Of a stretch of DNA of 29,015 nt, positions 17,206-26,746 are shown in pieces. The position numbers were made by a program, and so were the translations under genes. The DNA lies in NCBI GenBank assembly GCA_020434645.1, contig JAGRAK010000001.1, positions 1-29,015 on the forward strand. Direction: 5' to 3'. Position 1 is the stretch's first letter; each line of letters starts with the position of its first letter. This DNA comes from Bdellovibrionales bacterium. GTDB taxonomy: Bacteria; Bdellovibrionota; Bdellovibrionia; Bdellovibrionales; UBA1609. The notes under the pieces are model-generated. The model was not told the origin of the DNA. It did no database searches and saw only the letters and a program-made list of their open reading frames with translations.

Positions 17206-18099
17206 ATGAAAAAATATTTATTAGCGATTGGACTACTGATTGCTTCATCTTGTGCACTTGCATCTACCGTCTATGTAGAAACAGCAACCGGAACAGGCGT
17301 CGACTCACCGTCTCTGGAGTCTGTAACTGAACTCACGAAAGTGGCCGTTTCTGAAAATACGAAATTTACTCTTACTGAAAAAAAATCGAGTGCCGATTTT
17401 AATATTGAAACCAAATTATTAAAACTAGGTGATGCGATTATCTTAACCATGACAAAAACCGGTAAAGATAAAAAATCATTTACGGCAAAGCTCAAAGCCT
17501 CTGGTCTTGAAGATGTAGACGTTGTCACCAGCCGCTTGGTGCGCTCAGTACTCACTGAAGTTGCACCCGAGGGCAAGGCCACGGTTACCGATGTCACGGA
17601 GTCTGAGCAACATGCCGGCAGTCGTCGCTATGAGGCGACTCGACAATGGCAATTTGGTTTTGGCCCCGCTTGGTCGTCAAATCTAAATGTCGGAAGTGGC
17701 GGCACCAATTGGAGTCTTGGTTATGCGTGGGGCTTAGACCCAGATTTTCAACTTGCCCTCGTCGCGGACTGGTACTCGGTCGCCAACAGTGACGATGCGA
17801 ACTTTACAGATGTGTCTTTTGGTTTAGATTATTATTTTAGTCGAGAAAAGATTTCACCATTTATCGGTGCCGATATCGGTCGAGGTGCTGCTGCCGCTGC
17901 GCAAGGCTGTGCCGACACGTGGGTTTGCGTCTCCGACGATGATGCGAGTGGCTGGGTCGTGGGCGTAACCGCCGGCTACAAATTCTTCAGAACTTCTTCA
18001 GTAAATCTTGGCATTGTCGGACGATACAAATATTTGTTTGATAAAACATCATACGGAAACCCTGACATGGGCTCTGTGCGACTGGTTGTCTATTACTAG
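17206..18099 (+). CDS. Two-domain outer-membrane protein (periplasmic alpha/beta domain plus C-terminal barrel)
   Basis: Signal peptide. C-terminal strands WQFGFGP, WSLGYAW, SFGLDYYF, ISPFIGADIG, GVTAGYKFF, ending RLVVYY. Confidence 0.75.
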   Translation: MKKYLLAIGLLIASSCALASTVYVETATGTGVDSPSLESVTELTKVAVSENTKFTLTEKKSSADFNIETKLLKLGDAIILTMTKTGKDKKSFTAKLKASGLEDVDVVTSRLVRSVLTEVAPEGKATVTDVTESEQHAGSRRYEATRQWQFGFGPAWSSNLNVGSGGTNWSLGYAWGLDPDFQLALVADWYSVANSDDANFTDVSFGLDYYFSREKISPFIGADIGRGAAAAAQGCADTWVCVSDDDASGWVVGVTAGYKFFRTSSVNLGIVGRYKYLFDKTSYGNPDMGSVRLVVYY

Positions 18100-18146
18100 A
18101 CTTCTTTTATTGCCCACATAAAATAATTAAGCCATATTTTATAGAT

Positions 18147-19259
18147 ATGGTTTTAAATGTAGACTCTTCAGCAGCTCACGATCGAGAGCAAAAAAGCGCA
18201 ATTTTTTTTCTAGCTTTAATATTTTTACCCACAATATTTTTTTTGCTTTCATACGCAGGTGACAATCGACGGCTTGATTTACATGATTATTTTCAAGATC
18301 ATTTCAAATTGTCAAAAACACTCTACAAACTCAACACCACACTCCAGGTGCAGTTGTTGAAGAGTAAAAATATTGGCAAAGTGCATTTGGGCAAAGACAA
18401 CTGGCTCTTTTTTATTAATCAAGTTAAGGTTAAAGAAAATTCATGGGATGACTTGTGGAGCATTCCAACCCCGACGGTAGCCGCGTTTTGGAGTGAGTAC
18501 TTAGAAAAAAGCTTTTCAAAACCATTCGGATTTAATGCCAAGTATCTCTTTGTCGTGGTGCCCAATAAAGAAACCGTATATCGAGAACGAACTCACTATA
18601 ATTTTAAAGAATTTAGATTTGCTGACCAAGGCAACTACGGCCACATACAAAGAACTGTACGCTCGATAAATCCAGAAGCGTCAATTGATCTTATCCCCAC
18701 GCTAATTGAGCATGGTCAGGATCTACCGACATATCACCCTGCTGATTCTCATTGGAACCACTGGGGTGCCTATTGGGCTCATATTGAAATATTGAAAAAG
18801 GTAAACCAGCTTCTTGGCAGCAATATCGAACCATTGCCAATAAACAGCCCTCGAATTGAGTGGAACGCACAGCACGACATGTTCGATATTATTAAAGAGC
18901 GAGGTCTAACCTCAATCGTCCCTCTTGCCGCCATTATGAATAAAAATATTCATGTCGATTTCGTTTACGACTGCTGTGATGAGGCCATAAAATCGAGAGA
19001 AGATAATTATCATGTTTTCGAAAACCCCCAAGCCCAATACGTAGTGTGGCTCATCGGTGACTCTTATATGAATTATCTGCGTAAATACATACCTACATAT
19101 TTTAAAAAAACCGTTGTCATTACTCATAGCCAAATTACCAGCGAAGATATTCAAAATGCGTATAGAGAAACTGGCCCTCCTGATCTCATCATTGAGGAGC
19201 GCTCAGAACGTGGTCTTTCAACGAAATTATCCTACTCAGACTACTCGCCTAAAAATTAG
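18147..19259 (+). CDS. AlgJ/AlgX-family SGNH-like periplasmic O-acetyltransferase
   Basis: N-terminal TM anchor; GKDNWLFF, VVVPNKE, DSHWNHWGA (Asp/His), IGDSY (Ser), IIEER. Confidence 0.85.
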   Translation: MVLNVDSSAAHDREQKSAIFFLALIFLPTIFFLLSYAGDNRRLDLHDYFQDHFKLSKTLYKLNTTLQVQLLKSKNIGKVHLGKDNWLFFINQVKVKENSWDDLWSIPTPTVAAFWSEYLEKSFSKPFGFNAKYLFVVVPNKETVYRERTHYNFKEFRFADQGNYGHIQRTVRSINPEASIDLIPTLIEHGQDLPTYHPADSHWNHWGAYWAHIEILKKVNQLLGSNIEPLPINSPRIEWNAQHDMFDIIKERGLTSIVPLAAIMNKNIHVDFVYDCCDEAIKSREDNYHVFENPQAQYVVWLIGDSYMNYLRKYIPTYFKKTVVITHSQITSEDIQNAYRETGPPDLIIEERSERGLSTKLSYSDYSPKN

Positions 19260-19323
19260 ATACTTAGGTGCCCCTGACCACATCATGTGAACTCGTTTTT
19301 AACTGTTGAAGCCATACCGCAGT

Positions 19324-19345
19324 GGTGCTAAGAGTTTTTAGCACC
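19324..19345. other. Inverted repeat immediately upstream of the GT4 gene
   Basis: GGTGCTAA-gagttt-TTAGCACC, an 8 bp stem ending 5 nt before ATG 19351. Confidence 0.55.
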
Positions 19346-19350
19346 GGGAT

Positions 19351-21354
19351 ATGGGGAATAAAAAAAGTTTACGTATTGCATTATGGGTTCATTCTGGCGC
19401 CTTTCAATTAAAGGCCACTCTCAATTCTATTTCGGCTGCTCTAGACGAGCTTTCAGGCACGCCCGTACAGATTTGTGTGTTTTTAAATCGCTTCTGCCAA
19501 ATTACTCCTCGTATTTTGAAAACATGGTCACAAGCTCATAAAATCATCTATTATAGTGACGCCCACTTACGGTCAAAAATAGTCAATAAGACTATAAAAA
19601 GTACTGCTGAAGATTTTTTATTCTTACTCAGTTCAGACGATTTAATTTCTAAAAATTGGTTAAAACTCGCAATACTAAATTCTGCTAAGGCGAAAACCAA
19701 CAACGAAATTCTACATTCAGATCAAATTTATTTTTGGGGCAAATCTAAATCTTTTTATAGAAACCCACACCAATCTGACATTTCTCTCAATCGACTTTTG
19801 TGGCGAAACTTTTGGACAGGTCCTGTATTTTTATCTCGCACACTTTTTCTTAAATGCCCGATTTCAAAAATTAGCGCTGGATTTTCAGACCCCTGGTGGA
19901 CATGGAGCTGTGATCTTATCTCGCGCGGAGGAACCCATCGGCCAATTGCTGAAACCTATAGCTTTCAGCACAGCGACTCACAAGATGCTAAGACATTCTT
20001 AATAGAACCTGAGTTGCGTGTCGGGCAGCCTTCAGTACTTTTTAATAAGAAAAGCATTGTTCAAGAAAAATCAAAAATGAAGCGCGTTGTCTTGCGCAAG
20101 TCTTCAGAAGAGAAAAGGACTCTCCAAAATATTCTAGATTGGGGTCAAACAGGCGCTGGCGATTATAGGTTCGAAAAAATAGACAATTTATATGGCACGT
20201 TTAAACAGATAAATTTTCCGGCGGATGAATCCAAAATGAGCGAGTTATTTTTTTCAATAAAAGCTCAGATCGGAGACGCTGTTGACTACCTGATCGTTAT
20301 GCACCAGTTGCGTCGTGGTGGATCAGAACTAGCCGCACTTCACCACATAAACGCATTAAGAAAAATACGACCGAGATGTCGCATAGTTATTTTAACCACA
20401 GCTCTAGCAGATCAAGACTGGTCTGAGCGCTTTCCAAAAGATGTACAAATTCTTAACTTTGGCCGAATAGCAGGGCAATTCTTAGACCGGCCTCAGCAGA
20501 GACAGTTGATGCTGCAGCTTTTCACTCATGTTAAACCCAAAGTCCTTCATGTCATTTACGCATGGAACGCATGGGATATCCTACGTGATGCCGGTGCTGC
20601 GATCAGAAATCACACGAAAATCTACGTCAGTCTCTATTGCCTAGACTATGATCAATCTGGGCGGGTGACAAGTTACGCCCATACGCACTTGCCCCATTGC
20701 GCACATCATATTGATTTGATTTTTAGTGATAATAAACCCTTTGTGAAGCACTTGCATGATCAACTCGGTATTCAAAATTCAAAGGTTACATTTCTTCCGA
20801 CATCGGTTGTCCCGCGAGAACTTCTGCCAGACAATAATAGTTCTTCAAAAAAAACTTTTCGTGTGCTGTGGGCTTCTAGAATTTGCTGGCAAAAAAATAT
20901 ACAGCTTGTTTTTGATTTAGCACGAATTCTAAAAGACTTTGAGTTTCACATGTATGGTGAAATTTCAGAGAACTTTGAAAATCTATATGAACAGCTACAC
21001 AGTCTGCCAAATTTAAAATACTTCGGGACATTCGACGGCTTCGAGTCTTTGCCTTACCAGCAATACGATGTTTACCTTCATACTTCTCGATGGGATGGCA
21101 CTCCAAATATTCTACTTGAAGCTGGGCAAAAGGGGCTGCCAATAATCACCTCTGCCGTTGGCGGTATACCTGACTTAATAAACGATAAAACCGGTTATCT
21201 CGCGAACACACGAAGCGATTATCTAAAGCACTTAATATCTGTATTTAGCCGACCCGAGGCGGCACATAAAAAGTCTCAGGCGTTACAAAAACTTATTCAA
21301 GCACGACATTCTGAAGCGGCCTACCTTTGCAATTTAAGAGAGGCTATAACATGA
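19351..21354 (+). CDS. Glycosyltransferase: degenerate GT2-like N-terminal domain fused to a GT4 (GT-B) domain
   Basis: C-terminal GGSELA and SRWDGTPNILLEAGQKGLPIITSAVGGIPDLI. N-terminal FLFLLSSDDL resembles a DxD region. Confidence 0.85.
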   Translation: MGNKKSLRIALWVHSGAFQLKATLNSISAALDELSGTPVQICVFLNRFCQITPRILKTWSQAHKIIYYSDAHLRSKIVNKTIKSTAEDFLFLLSSDDLISKNWLKLAILNSAKAKTNNEILHSDQIYFWGKSKSFYRNPHQSDISLNRLLWRNFWTGPVFLSRTLFLKCPISKISAGFSDPWWTWSCDLISRGGTHRPIAETYSFQHSDSQDAKTFLIEPELRVGQPSVLFNKKSIVQEKSKMKRVVLRKSSEEKRTLQNILDWGQTGAGDYRFEKIDNLYGTFKQINFPADESKMSELFFSIKAQIGDAVDYLIVMHQLRRGGSELAALHHINALRKIRPRCRIVILTTALADQDWSERFPKDVQILNFGRIAGQFLDRPQQRQLMLQLFTHVKPKVLHVIYAWNAWDILRDAGAAIRNHTKIYVSLYCLDYDQSGRVTSYAHTHLPHCAHHIDLIFSDNKPFVKHLHDQLGIQNSKVTFLPTSVVPRELLPDNNSSSKKTFRVLWASRICWQKNIQLVFDLARILKDFEFHMYGEISENFENLYEQLHSLPNLKYFGTFDGFESLPYQQYDVYLHTSRWDGTPNILLEAGQKGLPIITSAVGGIPDLINDKTGYLANTRSDYLKHLISVFSRPEAAHKKSQALQKLIQARHSEAAYLCNLREAIT

Positions 21355-23585
21355 CCATTCAGCCAAGAAAAATGCCGCTCGTATCTGTAATTGTACCCTC
21401 ATACAACCATGAGCAATACATTGAAGAGGCCATCTTTTCGGTTATTAATCAAACTTACTCAAATATTGAACTCATTATTGTCGATGATGGCTCTCACGAT
21501 AACTCTAGAGAGATTATTAAAAAAATAATTTTATCTCAAAAACAAAATGGCACTAAAATTAAGTTCATTAAACAAAGAAATTCTGGTGCTCATGCTGCCA
21601 TCAACAAGGGACTGCGACTTGCCCGCGGTGAATATTTAACCATACTCAACTCAGATGACCGTTTTCACCCTCAAAGAATTGAGCGCCTCGTGAGCTCCCT
21701 CAAAGGCCGTGATGAGGGTTTTGCGTTCACGCTTGTGCAGCACATTGACTCTTTAGGTGATCCGCTTGACTGCAAAAATCGAGCTGTGTTCGGTTACAAT
21801 ACGGCTCTCTCTGCAAGGCATGAATACCCAAGTCTCGGCTATGCCCTGTTAATTTCAAACATAGCCATTACTACCGGAAATTTTTTCTTTACTCGAAACC
21901 TATTTAAAAAAATAGGTCAATTTAAATCTTACCGGGTTGCTCATGACTGGGATTTTTTACTGCGCGCTCTTTACTACACCGAGCCGATATTTCTACAAGA
22001 AAAACTCATTGATTATCGCATTCATGAAACCAACACTGTCAGCTCAAGCGAAGAACTCTGCCAGTCGGAGTCACTCATTATACTGACAGATTATTTTAAA
22101 AGACTGCTCGACAAATCCCCACCCAATCACCTTTTGCCTTGCCCGCAATATTGGCCAAACTATTTTTATAGTTTCATTCGCAATACTTACTCCTCATTAG
22201 CACGTGAGGCACCCTATCGAGACTCTGGCATTATTTTTAATAGCCTCTCTCTTTTATTTTTAGAAATAATTAAATCCAAAGACCCATTAAAATTAATTCA
22301 TGCATTAACAGATTGCCAAACCGGTCACGAATTTGATTTCTTTCAGTGCGAGCCCTCACTTATAGGTCGACCTTTTGCTCACGTTAAGACTTCTACACGT
22401 GCCGGTCTTTATTTTGAGTCACAACTATTTAAAATAGCCAACTTACACAGTGCTCATGCAGAGTCTGGGCATTTTTACCGAGTGGTCATAACTGGCTCTG
22501 ACTTAAGCTCACTATTACATAACACTATGGTCGCTCTTTGTCATAATGGTCAAATCGCAGGACTCGCTTTACCATGCGACCTGAACAAGACCAAAATTCA
22601 ATTTTATGTGTACTTGCCCAAGGCTTATTTGAATGTTCCAAAATCTAAGCTAAATGTAGAGTTGTTAGTCCGCACAGGGGAATCTTCTTTCGAACATGTG
22701 CCCAAATCTTCTAATCAGCCAATTTCACTCGCTTATCTTCAAACATCTAATAAAGAATTAGTTTGGCGAAATGTGGTGTATCGCTTAAGTCCCCGTACTT
22801 ATCGCTGCCACATAACCTCGCTCAACTCACTCTACGAAGGCGTTGTATTTAATGGCTGGGTCGACAATAGCCAAAATAAAAAAATTACCACTGAAATTCG
22901 TTGTGTAATTAATGGTACCATGCTGCCTATTATTTCTTGGGTCCGGCACAACAACATTCGGCACAACAACGGCCTAATAGACAAAAATGACACATATCCA
23001 GAATTCACTTTGCATCTTCGTAAAAATGATATTGAAGAGTTCGGTCGTGAGCTGAATATCTCTATATTATCTTTTAATAGCGACCAAACGGCTGAGACTA
23101 TTGGCGCTTATAAACTCTCAAGCAATGGGTTTAAATATCATGTAACATGCAATACTTCGATGCCCACCCTAAATGATTTTTCATTCGCGGGAGAAGGTGT
23201 ATTGCTAAACAAACGAAGTCGACAGCGCTGGGATGTACAGCGGCCACACCTCCAAATGGGAGAAGTTAAAACCATGTGGGGCTTTATAGAAAAATTTGAA
23301 CGCATCAATAATGGCATTGCGGCTCAGGGCTGGTCGATAAATCCTCACTCTAAAAGAGCTCCTGATCAGATTTTAATTTGCAGTCATAATAAAGTTTTTG
23401 CATCCGTACGCCCCAATATATATCGAGAAGACATAATCAACTTACATAAAGTGACTCAACCAATTAATAGCGGGTTCTTTGCGCAATTTGAGCTTCCTTC
23501 TCCAGAAACTAAAAATCTGCGCATGGTGGCCATCTGGCATACTGGCGAAGCCATTTCGCTCCCTAAACTATATAACTCTCAATAA
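21351..23585 (+). CDS. GT2 glycosyltransferase with a long C-terminal accessory region
   Basis: Start ATG 21351 (ATGA overlap with the GT4 stop). VSVIVPSYNH, IIVDDGSHD, ARGEYLTILNSDD, HDWDFLLR in the first ~250 aa. Confidence 0.9.
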   Translation: MTIQPRKMPLVSVIVPSYNHEQYIEEAIFSVINQTYSNIELIIVDDGSHDNSREIIKKIILSQKQNGTKIKFIKQRNSGAHAAINKGLRLARGEYLTILNSDDRFHPQRIERLVSSLKGRDEGFAFTLVQHIDSLGDPLDCKNRAVFGYNTALSARHEYPSLGYALLISNIAITTGNFFFTRNLFKKIGQFKSYRVAHDWDFLLRALYYTEPIFLQEKLIDYRIHETNTVSSSEELCQSESLIILTDYFKRLLDKSPPNHLLPCPQYWPNYFYSFIRNTYSSLAREAPYRDSGIIFNSLSLLFLEIIKSKDPLKLIHALTDCQTGHEFDFFQCEPSLIGRPFAHVKTSTRAGLYFESQLFKIANLHSAHAESGHFYRVVITGSDLSSLLHNTMVALCHNGQIAGLALPCDLNKTKIQFYVYLPKAYLNVPKSKLNVELLVRTGESSFEHVPKSSNQPISLAYLQTSNKELVWRNVVYRLSPRTYRCHITSLNSLYEGVVFNGWVDNSQNKKITTEIRCVINGTMLPIISWVRHNNIRHNNGLIDKNDTYPEFTLHLRKNDIEEFGRELNISILSFNSDQTAETIGAYKLSSNGFKYHVTCNTSMPTLNDFSFAGEGVLLNKRSRQRWDVQRPHLQMGEVKTMWGFIEKFERINNGIAAQGWSINPHSKRAPDQILICSHNKVFASVRPNIYREDIINLHKVTQPINSGFFAQFELPSPETKNLRMVAIWHTGEAISLPKLYNSQ

Positions 23586-23602
23586 CTAAGGGCGGGTGAC
23601 TT

Positions 23603-25069
23603 TTGTCTTTCTCAAGTTTTGAGTTTATTTTCTTATTTTTGCCCTCTGTGCTGTTTTGCTATTTTTTTCTATATGCTCTAGTGAAGAATCTTCCCAAGCA
23701 TGTCACCATACTGAATCTTATTCTTCTTATATCAAGCCTGGTGTTTTATTATCAGGATGAAAAAAAATATTTCTGGGTTATGTTTTTAATTGGCGCAATT
23801 GATTATTCAGTCGCTTTAATTATTAGCTATTTACAAAAAACTAACGCCCGTAAAATTTGGACTCGCCTGTGGCTTCTGCTCTCAATTATATCCAATATGG
23901 GCATATTATTTTATTTTAAATACATTGGTTTTACACTTGGTTTATTTAACGATCTCGCCGTTCTCTCAAACACGCAACCGCTAAATTTTTCTGTCACTCG
24001 TGATATCATAATGCCTCTTGGGATAAGTTTTTATACTTTTGAGTCATTAAGTTATGTGATCGATGTGTTTCGTGGACAAACAAAAGCAACACGCAAACTC
24101 ATCGACTATTGGACTTTTATTACGTTTTTTCCTCATCTTATTGCTGGGCCTATTATTCGCTTCTCCCAGCTGCAAAGGCAGCTCGAGTCGCGTGAACACA
24201 ATTGGGAGAATATAGCCGAAGGCTTTAGAAGATTCTTTTTTGGACTGGGCAAAAAAGTTATCTTGGCAAACCCATTGGCCTATTACACAGATTTATTTTA
24301 TAACTTAGACCCCACACGTATTGATGCCACCCTCTCTTGGCTTATGACTTGTACATTCGCCCTACAGCTTTACTTTGATTTTTCTGCTTATTCAGATATG
24401 GCGATCGGCCTAGGTCGCCTTTTTGGTATCAAGTTGCCTGAAAATTTTAATTATCCCTATATTGCATCGAGCATGACTGATGGCTGGAGACGATGGCACA
24501 TCACGCTCACCGGATGGTTTCGAGATTATGTCTACAAACCATTATGTCATGTCAACTCAAGTCACTCGGGTCGCGTTTTTAATGTTATATTTGTATTTAT
24601 GCTCTGTGGGCTCTGGCACGGAGCAAACCTAACATTTATTTATTGGGGATTAATAAATGGTGTCTTCTTAGGCCTTGAAGTTGCTCTTAGAAAAAAGAAA
24701 TTACGAGCTTTACCCACTCTATTTGGTCACTTGTATTTTATAACTGTTATCCTTATTAGCCTGGTGTTTTTTAGATCTAGCACCCTTGATCAAGCCCTAA
24801 AAACTGTTTTCGCGATGTTTGGCGGGAACTCTCTAATTGTATCAGAAGATACACTTAAGACATTACTAGAGCCTCATTTTCTGTTTTATTTCCTCTCCGG
24901 CATTATTTGCAGTACACCTTTTTATATAAACTTAGCTCGGCACGTGAGCGCGAAACTCCCAATCACCCAAATTCTTTTTAATGAAATCATACCTTTAGCT
25001 ATATTTTTCATTTCTGTGGTTATGATGACAGAACAAACTTATGTACCTTTTATATATTTTAGATTCTAA
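23603..25069 (+). CDS. MBOAT O-acyltransferase, AlgI/PatA type
   Basis: PLGISFYTFESLSY, FFPHLIAGPI, YFDFSAYSDMAIG, ENFNYPY, WRRWHITL, GLWHGA (catalytic His), C-terminal FIYFRF. Confidence 0.95.
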   Translation: MSFSSFEFIFLFLPSVLFCYFFLYALVKNLPKHVTILNLILLISSLVFYYQDEKKYFWVMFLIGAIDYSVALIISYLQKTNARKIWTRLWLLLSIISNMGILFYFKYIGFTLGLFNDLAVLSNTQPLNFSVTRDIIMPLGISFYTFESLSYVIDVFRGQTKATRKLIDYWTFITFFPHLIAGPIIRFSQLQRQLESREHNWENIAEGFRRFFFGLGKKVILANPLAYYTDLFYNLDPTRIDATLSWLMTCTFALQLYFDFSAYSDMAIGLGRLFGIKLPENFNYPYIASSMTDGWRRWHITLTGWFRDYVYKPLCHVNSSHSGRVFNVIFVFMLCGLWHGANLTFIYWGLINGVFLGLEVALRKKKLRALPTLFGHLYFITVILISLVFFRSSTLDQALKTVFAMFGGNSLIVSEDTLKTLLEPHFLFYFLSGIICSTPFYINLARHVSAKLPITQILFNEIIPLAIFFISVVMMTEQTYVPFIYFRF

Positions 25070-25140
25070 ATTTATAAGACGTTCGCAATTTTGCTCACAC
25101 TATGCTATATCGAACTCGTCTAAACCCGGGGAGCCAACAG

Positions 25141-25590
25141 ATGCTTAAAGCACTATTCTTACTTATAATTATCTCTTCATCTCATTCATTCGCTGCTGAT
25201 ATAAAAAATTGGACATATATCGACGAGAATAATATGGCGGCTAGTCTTAGTCTTTACGATAAGGCCAATGTCTCTGGTGAAGAAATGGTGACCTGGATAA
25301 CTTCTGATGGCTCCGTTCAAATGGCTAAACCCGCTACAGCATCAAACCTTAATGTTGAAATCCCCGTATTCGTTCAAAGTGACGATGGAGAAATTCTATA
25401 CGATCTTAATCTTGGCATTTCAATGGGCACTTCGTTTACACAAGTAAAATCGATGCTAAAAGACATTTCGTACCGCCAGGCTTTTGAATACCTACCCGAA
25501 ACTTGCTCAGATAAAGATACAGCTTTTTTAGTTGTTGTTAATAATGTTGAGTCCACAATGTTCGGATACTGCTTAACTCCAAAAAACTAA
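25141..25590 (+). CDS. Hypothetical secreted protein
   Basis: Likely start MLKALF (25141); signal peptide ending SFA-A. No family recognised. Confidence 0.65.
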   Translation: MLKALFLLIIISSSHSFAADIKNWTYIDENNMAASLSLYDKANVSGEEMVTWITSDGSVQMAKPATASNLNVEIPVFVQSDDGEILYDLNLGISMGTSFTQVKSMLKDISYRQAFEYLPETCSDKDTAFLVVVNNVESTMFGYCLTPKN

Positions 25591-26726
25591 TCATCATCTT
25601 GCCCTGAACTTTTCATTTTAAAAAGCACAGGATGATGATCAGTATAGTAAAATCGAAACATGTCATGGTTATACGGATCTCCAGGATAAGCTGAGTCAAC
25701 GTGCTTACTCGCCCAATCTATCGCCAGCTCGCTAATTAAGTTAATAACTTCAAAGTTATTTTCGAACTCAACCTCTTTGGTGTCGTCACGACTGATCATT
25801 ATGTGATCATACGGCTTCGGGCTAGTCATATTGGTGTTCGTATTTGTTGCCGCCTCAGCATTCAGACTCACAAATTCGGGAGGTATAACACTATCTAATT
25901 CTTTTTTATCTTCAAGGTTCATATCACCCAAAATAATGTAGTCTTTTTCAGAATTCTGAAATTTTTGGACGGCTATCCATTCAAAAATATTCGTTATCTC
26001 AACTTTTCTTCTTTCACGGTCAAGTCGACCTGGCCCGGGGTGTAAATGAACATTGATCAAAACAAAGTCCACTGAATTACCCACAGTAGTGAACGAAAAA
26101 GCATATGGAACGCGGTCATACTTAGGGTTTGCTGTTCTATCCGCATCCAAGAAGCCATTTGGCAAATCAAGTTTAGGGCGGACAACTTGAGATTTATAAA
26201 AAACCACAAACCATTCTGTATTCGTGCCATTACTGTGATTTTTTACTGAAGTTCCGGTATCTTCTTCGCTTAACCAAAACTGATCGTATCCCGCTGCAAG
26301 CATAGCTATGAAAAATTCAGTATTCCGTTCATTTGCTCTTAAAGCGGTGCCGTCTGGGTATGTTGGCACTTCTTTCGAATTGTACAAAGGACTATTTGGC
26401 AACAAAGTCAAATCAGGCGGGGCTATAAGCTCTTGCACAATCACTAAGTCACAGCCTTTATTTTTATAGATATTGGCTAACGCTTCATTGTCGCGAAGTT
26501 TGGAGCCACCCAAAAACTGTATATTTGATGTGCAGAGCTGTACGGCTTCGCCCCTCTCTTGATCTTGTTGAATTGGGGGCGGCTGGTTGGACACACTAGG
26601 AATTGTTTTCTCATCGCAGCCCAAATGTGTCAGTGCAACGAGCAGCAATGCCATTTTAAATGCTCTATACTGTATTTTATAGGTGAACCCTGCCATCAGG
26701 CTATTCAATAGCAAATTCGTGACCAC
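25587..26726 (-). CDS. Endonuclease/exonuclease/phosphatase (DNase I-like) family lipoprotein
   Basis: Lipobox THLGC; NIQFLG, IVQEL, INVHLHPG, LGDMN, PYDHI, TDHHP. Start uncertain (26726 GTG or 26696 ATG). Confidence 0.88.
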   Translation of the reverse strand: MVTNLLLNSLMAGFTYKIQYRAFKMALLLVALTHLGCDEKTIPSVSNQPPPIQQDQERGEAVQLCTSNIQFLGGSKLRDNEALANIYKNKGCDLVIVQELIAPPDLTLLPNSPLYNSKEVPTYPDGTALRANERNTEFFIAMLAAGYDQFWLSEEDTGTSVKNHSNGTNTEWFVVFYKSQVVRPKLDLPNGFLDADRTANPKYDRVPYAFSFTTVGNSVDFVLINVHLHPGPGRLDRERRKVEITNIFEWIAVQKFQNSEKDYIILGDMNLEDKKELDSVIPPEFVSLNAEAATNTNTNMTSPKPYDHIMISRDDTKEVEFENNFEVINLISELAIDWASKHVDSAYPGDPYNHDMFRFYYTDHHPVLFKMKSSGQDDD

Positions 26727-26746
26727 ATTCTATAAATTTATAGAAT
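26727..26746. promoter_or_regulatory. Perfect 20 bp palindrome in a divergent intergenic region
   Basis: ATTCTATAAATTTATAGAAT equals its own reverse complement. The regulatory role is inferred. Confidence 0.6.

Noticed and set aside
17271-17597. 108 aa minus-strand ORF, and similar short ORFs at 199, 1607, 1979, 4245, 6576, 12129, 13868-14175, 20876 and 28470
   Set aside because: They lie within or largely overlap better-supported genes and show no family motifs.
18202-18209. T8 tract in the algJ-like gene and A8 tract (23760-23767) in the MBOAT gene as phase-variation switches
   Set aside because: A/T runs of 7-8 occur throughout this AT-rich window, and both frames are intact.
18147-25069. 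Alginate biosynthesis operon
   Set aside because: No alg8, alg44, algD, algE, algG or algF in the window; only the acetylation-type homologues are present.
17161-25100. Genomic island integrated at tRNA-Ser, or at tRNA-Arg
   Set aside because: No integrase, and I saw no second copy of either tRNA 3' end by eye. An exact-match search would be decisive.
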